Shown here in pieces: positions 28,307 through 35,621 of a stretch of 41,956 nucleotides of DNA. The notes under the pieces are model-generated. The model was not told where the DNA came from. It made no database searches and worked only from the letters and a program-made list of their open reading frames with translations. Numbering within the stretch: the first letter of the stretch is position 1; each line of letters opens with the position of its first letter. This DNA comes from Rubrivivax sp. GTDB lineage: Bacteria; Pseudomonadota; Gammaproteobacteria; Burkholderiales; Burkholderiaceae_C. Location: positions 1 through 41,956 of the forward strand of contig JANMMH010000665.1 of assembly GCA_031373055.1 (NCBI GenBank). The letters are read 5' to 3'. The translations under genes and the position numbers were made by a program.

Positions 28307-31072
28307 TTAGAACTTGTAGTTCACCGAACCGTAGACGAAGCGCGCGCGTGCGTCGTACAGGCTGATGTCGTACCCGCCCTGGAACTGGTTGCTCACCGGC
28401 ACGTAGATCGGTGGGTTCTTGTCGAACAGGTTCTTCACGCCCAGCGCCAGGCGCAGGTTCTTGATGCCGCTGTAGCTAACGTTCATGTCGTACAGCGACT
28501 GGTTGGGCACGAAGTGCGGCACGCCGTCGAGCTCGCGGTCGCCGCTGCGGTAGCCGGTGTAGTAGTTCTGCGCCAACGTCAGCGCCCAGGGGCCGGTGCT
28601 GTAGGTGGCGCTTAGCTTGTGCTTCCAGCGCAGGATCACGCCACCGAAGTTGGCCGCTTCGAGCACCGGTGTGCCGTCGGCTTCGACCGTGGTGCCGACC
28701 TTGCGCGAGATCGTGCCGCCAGGGCTGGTCTGGTCGTACCGGATCATGTACGTGCCGTTCAGGTTCACGTTCAGGTTGCCACCCGGCACGGCGAACTTGG
28801 CGTTGATCTCGACGTCCACGCCTTCGAGCATGGCGCTGCCCACGTTGGCGTTGATTTCCTTGGTGGAATCGACCTGCCCATCCGGCGCCAGGATCACAAG
28901 GTTGGCGTAGGCCGGGTCACCGGCGCGGAAGCGCGACACGATCTCTTGCGTCGATGGCGTGGCGATGATGCCGTTGACGTCGATCTTCCAGTAGTCAGCC
29001 GTGATCGAGACCGCATCGATCGGCTGGAACACGAAGCCCAGCGTCGCCTGCTTGGACTTCTCCGGCTTGAGCAGCGGGTTGCCGCCGGTCAAGGCATTGA
29101 CTTGCAGGTTGGGGTTGTTGGGGAAGCGCGGGTCGGTGAACTGCGCCGAGGTGCCCAGCGTCTGCGGGATCCACAGCTCCACCAGCGTGGGCGCGCGAAA
29201 GCCGGTGCCGACACCACCGCGCAGCACCAGGTTCTTCATCGGCTGCCAACGCAGGCTCGCCTTGTAGGTGTCGGAGTTGCCGACGTCGTTGTACTTGTCG
29301 TGGCGCGCGGCGACGTTGCCTTCAAGACCCTTCAGCACCGGGATCACCAGCTCACCGAAAAGCGAGGTGATCTTGCGGCTGCGGTCCACCGGCTCCTGCG
29401 CGCCGCCCAGGCCGGCGATGTCCCCCGAGAACAGCGCCGCGCTCGGCCGCGTCTGGTATTTCTCGTCGCGGAATTGCATGCCCACGGCATAGGCCAGGGG
29501 ACCCGCAGGCAGGTTCATCACATCGCCCGAAATCTTCGCGTCGAAGATGTTGGTCTTGGCCGTGCCGGCCAGCGTGTCGCCGGTGTATTTGGCCGGGGCA
29601 ATGGCCGCCTTGAAGGCGTCGCTCTGGTTCAGCGACCAGGGGTTCCAATCGTTGGACGCCTGCACCGCCTTGGCGTACGCCACCTGCGAGAAGTAACCAT
29701 CCGGCACGGTGCCGGAGAGCTCGTACTTGTTGGTCGAATAGGCCAGCTCGTAACTCTGGCCGGCGATGTCGCCGCGCGCACCGAACACCAGGCGACTCTG
29801 TTCGGTGACATCACGCTGGGTGCGTGGCCCGAAGTCGAAGACACGCGCGGTGATGGCCAGGGGCTGGCCGACGATCGAGCCGAAGCCTGCGGCAGTAAGA
29901 AAGTCGGCGGCGATCTTGTAGTTCGGGTTGCTCGGCTTGATGAGCAGCACCGGGTCCACGCCTTGCGCCTGAAACTGCGCGTCGGTGGTGTTGAAGCTGC
30001 GCCGTATCGGGCTGGGCTGAAAGGTCTGGATGACGATGTTCTTCGAATACAGCACGTCGGCGAAAAACTCCAGCTTGTCACTGGCGCGGAAGATGCCGTT
30101 GAGCGTGAGGTTGGACGTTTCGCGCTTGGGGATCAGGCCGACAAAGGCGTCGCTGTCGAAGGTGCAATACGGCGTGTTCTTCGGCGCCGTGTTGGTCGGG
30201 TTCTTGAACATGTTGATGTCGCCGCATTTGTCCGTCGCCGCCAGCGGGTTGCCGTAGCCGGTGCCAGGCGCATTGCCGAAGCCCGGGCCACGCGTGCCTT
30301 CGCGCCACACGCCGTTGACGCGGGTACCCAGCGTGAACGGGCCTTCGATGTTGCCCTGGCCGGTGGCGGCCGCCACGACGTAGGGGAAGACGTTGCCGGT
30401 CTTGGCGAAGTCGCGGTCTTTGGCGAACAGCGCCGACTCTTTGTCCTGCGACAACGAGGCGGTGATGTTGTAGCGGTCCTTGGCGATGTCGCCGAAGCCC
30501 GCCACCACCGTCGCCCTCTCGGTCTTGCCTCCGCCATCGCGCGAAGGTGCACCGGCGCTGATGCCGAGCTCGATGCCCTTGAAGTCTTTGGTCAGGATGA
30601 AGTTGACAACACCGGCCAGCGCCTCCGAACCGTAGATGCTCGACGCTCCGTCTTTCAGCACTTCCACGCGCTCTATCGCCGCCAGCGGAATGTTATTGAC
30701 GTTGACCGAGCCACCGGCACCGCCGACCGACACCGCCAGCCGCCGGCCGTTGACCAGCACCAGCGTGCGCCCGCCGGAGAGCCCGCGCAACGAAATGGTC
30801 GAGCGGCCGGCCGTCGAATTGCCGGCGCCGGTGGAGTTGTTGATGGCATCGCTGGAGGACACGGCAGCGATCGAGTTCATCAGCTCCTCGGTGTTCACCG
30901 CGCCGCTGCGCGCAATCTGTTCACGCGTGATGACGGTGATGGGCAAGGCACCTTCAGCGTCGACGCGTTTGATCGCCGAGCCGGTGATTTCGACACGTTG
31001 TTCTTGCGCCAGCGCGGGCGCGCAAAGTGCAAGGACGGCCGCAGCCATAGGGGTCAGTTGGGTGAAACGCAT
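28307..31072 (-). CDS. TonB-dependent outer membrane receptor (921 aa), substrate unknown
   Basis: RBS CAGGAG, signal peptide, VEITGS, SLRGL..RTLVLVNGRR, IERVEVLKDGASSIYGS..GVVNFI, GFRAP, GNPLLKPEKS, GVKNLFDK and C-terminal Phe. Confidence 0.95.
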   Translation of the reverse strand: MRFTQLTPMAAAVLALCAPALAQEQRVEITGSAIKRVDAEGALPITVITREQIARSGAVNTEELMNSIAAVSSSDAINNSTGAGNSTAGRSTISLRGLSGGRTLVLVNGRRLAVSVGGAGGSVNVNNIPLAAIERVEVLKDGASSIYGSEALAGVVNFILTKDFKGIELGISAGAPSRDGGGKTERATVVAGFGDIAKDRYNITASLSQDKESALFAKDRDFAKTGNVFPYVVAAATGQGNIEGPFTLGTRVNGVWREGTRGPGFGNAPGTGYGNPLAATDKCGDINMFKNPTNTAPKNTPYCTFDSDAFVGLIPKRETSNLTLNGIFRASDKLEFFADVLYSKNIVIQTFQPSPIRRSFNTTDAQFQAQGVDPVLLIKPSNPNYKIAADFLTAAGFGSIVGQPLAITARVFDFGPRTQRDVTEQSRLVFGARGDIAGQSYELAYSTNKYELSGTVPDGYFSQVAYAKAVQASNDWNPWSLNQSDAFKAAIAPAKYTGDTLAGTAKTNIFDAKISGDVMNLPAGPLAYAVGMQFRDEKYQTRPSAALFSGDIAGLGGAQEPVDRSRKITSLFGELVIPVLKGLEGNVAARHDKYNDVGNSDTYKASLRWQPMKNLVLRGGVGTGFRAPTLVELWIPQTLGTSAQFTDPRFPNNPNLQVNALTGGNPLLKPEKSKQATLGFVFQPIDAVSITADYWKIDVNGIIATPSTQEIVSRFRAGDPAYANLVILAPDGQVDSTKEINANVGSAMLEGVDVEINAKFAVPGGNLNVNLNGTYMIRYDQTSPGGTISRKVGTTVEADGTPVLEAANFGGVILRWKHKLSATYSTGPWALTLAQNYYTGYRSGDRELDGVPHFVPNQSLYDMNVSYSGIKNLRLALGVKNLFDKNPPIYVPVSNQFQGGYDISLYDARARFVYGSVNYKF

Positions 31073-31181
31073 GATGCAAGCTCCTGTGAAGTCGACACAG
31101 CCGCAACACGCGCGCTTGGGCGCAAGGCGGCACATGCCCGCAATTTAGGAACTCGGCCGCAGGGGCGTTGAAGCCAAGCAT

Positions 31182-31206
31182 CACCGCGCCGCGACGCGGC
31201 GCGGTG
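31182..31206. repeat. Perfect 12-bp inverted repeat
   Basis: CACCGCGCCGCG-A-CGCGGCGCGGTG in the divergent receptor/anbu intergenic region. Confidence 0.8.
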
Positions 31207-31402
31207 TCGGCCGCGGCCCTGTCGCGCCACGTCACCCACCGAAGCATCTGTGACATCGGCGACAGGGTGCTGCACGTAGATCGGGACCGGGCTTTCCCGT
31301 AGCTGTGGCGTGCGGGAAACGCCTTTCCATCGCAAGCCCGTCGCGTGTCCGCCCGAACGCACCTGCTACGCTCGCCGCCACCTTGAAACCACACGCAACG
31401 CC

Positions 31403-32230
31403 ATGACCTACTGTGTCGGTATCCGGCTCGACGCCGGGCTCGTCTTCCTCTCCGACTCGCGCACCAACGCCGGTCTGGACGCCATCAGCACCTTCCGCAA
31501 GATGATCGTCTACGAAAAGCCGGGCGACCGCTTCATGGTCATGCTCTCGGCGGGCAATCTCTCCATCAGCCAAAGCGTGCGCGAGATCCTGCAAGTCGAG
31601 AAAGTTGACCAAGGCCATGGCCACGAGCCGCTGACGATGTGGAACGCCACGAGCATGTTCGACGCCGCGCGCGTGCTGGGCAGCGCCATGCGCCGTGTGC
31701 ATGCGCAAGACGGGCCGGCGATGAAAGCGGCGGGCCTGGACTTCAACGCCTCGATGATCTTCGGCGGCCAGATCGCGGGCGAGGCGATGCGCCTGTTCCT
31801 CGTCTACTCCGCAGGCAACTTCATCGAAGCCACGCGCGAGACCTGCTTCTTTCAAGTCGGTGAGAGCAAATACGGCAAGCCCATCCTCGACCGTGTGCTC
31901 ACGCCCTTCACGCCGCTGGACGAAGCTGCGAAGTGCGCGCTGGTGTCGATGGACAGCACGCTCAAATCCAACCTCTCGGTGGGCCTGCCGCTGGACCTGC
32001 TGGTCTACGAGCGCGACGCTTTCAGGAGCGAGCGCGTGGCGGTGATCGACGAGCACAACCCCTACTTCCAGATGATCCGCAACACCTGGGGCCAGCGCCT
32101 GCGCGAAGTCTTTGAAGGCATCGAAGACCCGCAATGGAATGGCGGCACGTCGGTGCACCCTTTGATGACGAGCAGCCAGCGTTACGAGGTGATGCGCAAG
32201 ATTGCGCACCCGGGGGAGAGGATTGTTTGA
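31403..32230 (+). CDS. anbu: Proteasome-type Ntn protease (Anbu)
   Basis: MTYCVG (Thr1 nucleophile after Met removal), SDSRTNAG.D, SAGNLSISQ, QVGESKYGKPILDR and SMDSTLKSNLSVG.P motifs. Confidence 0.93.
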   Translation: MTYCVGIRLDAGLVFLSDSRTNAGLDAISTFRKMIVYEKPGDRFMVMLSAGNLSISQSVREILQVEKVDQGHGHEPLTMWNATSMFDAARVLGSAMRRVHAQDGPAMKAAGLDFNASMIFGGQIAGEAMRLFLVYSAGNFIEATRETCFFQVGESKYGKPILDRVLTPFTPLDEAAKCALVSMDSTLKSNLSVGLPLDLLVYERDAFRSERVAVIDEHNPYFQMIRNTWGQRLREVFEGIEDPQWNGGTSVHPLMTSSQRYEVMRKIAHPGERIV

Positions 32231-32307
32231 CGCTTACGGCCGCCCTACCCACACCCTAGCTGCATCAGGAGCCCCCGCGCTGTTTGGTGCAACACGAATC
32301 AAGTCAC

Positions 32308-34398
32308 TCAAAAGCTCGCGTTCAAGGAGAGCCTGAATGAGCGCGTTTCAACGGGATGAAAGTGCGTGTCGGCAACGCCCTCAGCGGGCTCGCCTGGCAA
32401 CCTTGAGGTGTAGTAGTAGTCGATGGCCGAAACCTTGCGATTGCTCAGGTTGAAGCCCTCCAACTCGATGCGCAGTGTGGGGCTGAACCTGTAGCCGATG
32501 TGCCCGTTCAGCAGCGCCGTGCCTTTGGAGCGCACCGAGTTGTCTTCGCTCAATGGGCGCGGGCCGAAGTAGCGAAATTGCACGGCGCCAAACCACGGCC
32601 CGAGCTTGTCCACCGCCACGGCCAAGGACGCCACACCTTCCACCGCGCCCGGGATGCGCTGGCCCTCGGCGGCGCGGCCCCTGAATCGCGCACGCGCGAA
32701 TGCCAGGTCGGCGTCGATGGTCAGCCAATCCTCGAGCCGGTAGTAGTTGGCCAGCTCGAAACCGACGCGCCGGCTCGGCCTGCCGGCTTCTGTGGTGCCC
32801 GCGTCGCCCACGAACACCAGCTCCGAGGCCAGGCTCAACTGGTACACCGACAGCGAGGTCTGCAAGCCCGGCAAGAGTGTGGTGCGCACCCCCAACTCAA
32901 AACCTTTGGAGCGTGCCAACGGTGTCACGCGCTCTGCGCCATCACCGGTCTTGGGGTCGGTCGTGATCACCGTGCCTCGGGCGTCGTTGCTGTGGAACCC
33001 GCTGCCCAGATTGACATACCACTCAGTCTTGGCCCAAGGCCCGAAGATCAGGTTGAGCTTGGGGCTTGCGATGCCGGCGGACCGTGTGCCCGAGTTGTCG
33101 GCACGATCGCTGCGCACATCGAAGCGGTAGCCGTCGGCACGCACACCGGCCACCGTGCGGAAGTGCGACGTCCAGCGCGTGGTGTTGTCGTACCAAACAC
33201 CCACGCTGCCTTGCACGATGTGGTCACGCCGGGTGACGGACAAGGTCTGGCGCGCCTTGGTGTTGAGCAAGGCGTTGTGCACGTTGTCGTTTTGCACTTG
33301 CAGGCCGATCTGGTGCTCGCTGTCGAGCCCAAGCCAGCGCGAGGCCCAGCTGTGGCGTGCGTTGAGGAGCGTCGTGACGCGCCGGTCGGGCTGCGCGAAC
33401 TGGTCACCATCCAGTGGGTTGTCCAGGAAGTAGGTGAAGTTGGAGAACAGCGCCAGCTTCCAGTGCGTCACCGAAGCGCTGACTTCCGTAGACGATGCCG
33501 CCGTGCTGTGCCGCCAACCGCCTGAAAGGCTGTAGCGATGCGACGCGCCGCCATCGCTGGGGTCGATCAGCCCGAAGCGGCCGAGCGCGCCACTCTGCAC
33601 CGCGCGTGCCGGAATTTGATCGCTCGCATTCCACTTTGCCGAATAGCCCATGCCAGTGACGTGCCAGCCATTGGCGCGGTCGCCTTGGGTGTAGCGCAGC
33701 ACACCGTTCCATTTTCGGAAGTCGTCGGGACGATCGAACGGCCCGTCGTTGCGCATCAGCTCGAGCGCGTACAGCAGATCGCCGGCCTGTTTGTCGACAC
33801 CTAAGACCGCCGAGTCGGCCAGCAACAGCCGCCGGTAGCCGTTTTGCCCGAGGCCGAAGTTGGCGATGCCCGCGCTCAGCCTGTCGGCATAGGTGATCTC
33901 CACCGCGCCGGCCGAGGCAAAGTCACCTTCGCTGGCGTCATACGGCCCCTTCTTGTAGCGCAGACCGGTGGCGAGCTCGGGGATGACGAAGTTCAGGTCG
34001 GTCCAACCCTGGCCGTGGCCATGGCTACGTTGATTGACCAACATGCCATCGACGCTGGTGCGCAAATCGGTCCCGTGGTCGAGGTTGAAACCCCGCAGGT
34101 AAAACTGGTTGGCTTTGCCTTCACCGCTGTGCTGGCTGACGATCAGCCCGGGTGCGGCTTCAAGCAGCTCGCCGGGCCGATAGATCGTTCGCGCTTCCAG
34201 CTGCTTTTGCGTGACGGTGCCCACACTGGCGGAATCGGCCACGCCGACTTGTTCCGTGCCTGAGCCGGTGACGATGACTTTTTGCAGCGCTTGCTCGCCG
34301 CTGGCCTGTGCCGTAGCGGACATCATGGCGCAGCTGAGAAAGGCCAGCGCGCGAACGCGCCAGCCGTGATGGTTGTGGGGGTGGTGTCGATAGCTCAT
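32308..34398 (-). CDS. TonB-dependent receptor, probable transition-metal uptake
   Basis: RBS GGAG; plug motif QHSGEGKANQFYLRGFNLDHGTD and RSHGHGQG; GFHSNDAR; HFHPVE and C-terminal Phe. Confidence 0.92.
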   Translation of the reverse strand: MSYRHHPHNHHGWRVRALAFLSCAMMSATAQASGEQALQKVIVTGSGTEQVGVADSASVGTVTQKQLEARTIYRPGELLEAAPGLIVSQHSGEGKANQFYLRGFNLDHGTDLRTSVDGMLVNQRSHGHGQGWTDLNFVIPELATGLRYKKGPYDASEGDFASAGAVEITYADRLSAGIANFGLGQNGYRRLLLADSAVLGVDKQAGDLLYALELMRNDGPFDRPDDFRKWNGVLRYTQGDRANGWHVTGMGYSAKWNASDQIPARAVQSGALGRFGLIDPSDGGASHRYSLSGGWRHSTAASSTEVSASVTHWKLALFSNFTYFLDNPLDGDQFAQPDRRVTTLLNARHSWASRWLGLDSEHQIGLQVQNDNVHNALLNTKARQTLSVTRRDHIVQGSVGVWYDNTTRWTSHFRTVAGVRADGYRFDVRSDRADNSGTRSAGIASPKLNLIFGPWAKTEWYVNLGSGFHSNDARGTVITTDPKTGDGAERVTPLARSKGFELGVRTTLLPGLQTSLSVYQLSLASELVFVGDAGTTEAGRPSRRVGFELANYYRLEDWLTIDADLAFARARFRGRAAEGQRIPGAVEGVASLAVAVDKLGPWFGAVQFRYFGPRPLSEDNSVRSKGTALLNGHIGYRFSPTLRIELEGFNLSNRKVSAIDYYYTSRLPGEPAEGVADTHFHPVETRSFRLSLNASF

Positions 34399-34526
34399 GA
34401 GATCTCCATGCGCGGCAGCGCTCGCCGACAGCGAGCGTGGCGGGTCCAAGGTGTGGGGGTTGAAGCGCGATGCAGCGTCGCCGCCGTGATGCCGTGACGC
34501 ATCCGTGACAGCCAACGCCAGGCACT

Positions 34527-34967
34527 TCACAGCCGCGGCGGACGCTCCAAAGGCACACTCACATGCGAGCCAAACGTGGGCGCCGTGGCGTCCACCCATC
34601 GATCCATGCTCGCCGCAGCGACACGCGGCAACGCGCTCGCGCCGCTGAGTCCGTCCAGATCGATGGCCGCTCGCATCGGTGCATGCGCTGGCGCTGGCGA
34701 CGACAGGTGTTCTTTGGCGTCGACGTAGACCACCGTGCTGTCGGCGGCTTCGTGATCGTGATGGGCCGGCGCGCTGTGGTGATGGTCGTGATGGTCGTGA
34801 TGATCTTCATCACCATGACCGCTCACGGCCGTGCCCACCATCCCGACGCGCTCGACGTGGTGGTGCGCTCGCCCCAGCCCACGCAGGGCAGCACCGGTGA
34901 CGGCCTGCGCACCGACGCACAGGGTCAGTAGGCAGATCGCTACACGCAAGATCAGGGTCGAAACCAT
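34527..34967 (-). CDS. His-rich exported upstream ORF ending in LERPP (putative arrest/leader peptide)
   Basis: Hydrophobic N-terminus LILRVAICLLTLCVGAQA; 17 His including HGDEDHHDHHDHHH; C-terminal PLERPPRL; 128 nt upstream of the receptor. Confidence 0.78.
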   Translation of the reverse strand: MVSTLILRVAICLLTLCVGAQAVTGAALRGLGRAHHHVERVGMVGTAVSGHGDEDHHDHHDHHHSAPAHHDHEAADSTVVYVDAKEHLSSPAPAHAPMRAAIDLDGLSGASALPRVAAASMDRWVDATAPTFGSHVSVPLERPPRL

Positions 34968-35024
34968 GGGGGCAGATGCGCGGATCAAAAGGCTTCTAAG
35001 GTCTACAGCTACGCACAGCGCCAG

Positions 35025-35050
35025 CGGGTGGATGCAAACGGGTGGATGCA
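35025..35050. promoter_or_regulatory. 12-bp direct repeat in the divergent promoter region
   Basis: CGGGTGGATGCA-AA-CGGGTGGATGCA, centred between the two uORF starts. Confidence 0.5.
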
Positions 35051-35115
35051 GTCAGGCCCATCATCCATGGCGTTATGCTCCGGGCCCCAACGCCGACGCG
35101 CAGCGCACCCTGTCC

Positions 35116-35490
35116 ATGAATCCGACCCGCCATCGCCAACTGACATGCCGCATCGTCGGCGTGCTGTTGCTGGCGCTGTTGCTGGCGCAGTGGTCGGTGT
35201 GGGGACATGCGATGGCTCACGGCACGGCATTGTCGTCCGGCAGCACGAGTCCCGAGGCCAAGGCCGGCAACGAGCGTGAGCTCACCTGGGGCCATGAAGC
35301 CGGCGCGCCCGAGTGCCGGCTGCTCGATCAACTGCTCAATGGGCAAGCCTTGGGCGCCGAAGCTGCGCCCATGCCGAGCTTGCCTGTGGCGCGCACGCCG
35401 TTGGCGGGGAACGACCTGTCACCGTGCCGCCAGCCCACGCTGCGCACTTACCTGGCACGAGGGCCACCACCGGCACGAGCGTTCACCTGA
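35116..35490 (+). CDS. DUF2946-like exported upstream ORF ending in ARGPP (putative arrest/leader peptide)
   Basis: TM/signal IVGVLLLALLLAQW, HAMAH, GHEAGAPECRLLD, Pro/Ala linker and YLARGPPP near the C-terminus; 131 nt upstream of the receptor. Confidence 0.82.
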   Translation: MNPTRHRQLTCRIVGVLLLALLLAQWSVWGHAMAHGTALSSGSTSPEAKAGNERELTWGHEAGAPECRLLDQLLNGQALGAEAAPMPSLPVARTPLAGNDLSPCRQPTLRTYLARGPPPARAFT

Positions 35491-35621
35491 ACCTTCGTCG
35501 TCGGCATCACCGCGTCGCAGCCTTGCTGCGCCGAGCCTGATGCCACAGCGGCCACGCCGCTGAACCCTATCCCTTTGCTGCCGGCACGCTCGCAAACCGA
35601 GAGGCCGGCGAGGTGCCTTGC

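Noticed and set aside
28619-31171. 850-aa plus-strand ORF
   Set aside because: Antisense shadow of the TonB receptor; long stop-free reverse frames are expected with strong GC codon bias, and it has no motifs. The same applies to most other overlapping track ORFs.
34399-34526. Cobalamin riboswitch ahead of the TonB receptors
   Set aside because: No B12-box or GGGAA/GCCACTG core found in either spacer or upstream of the 28307-31072 receptor.
34968-35115. Zur or Fur box between the metal-uptake arms
   Set aside because: No convincing AT-rich palindrome of either type is visible.
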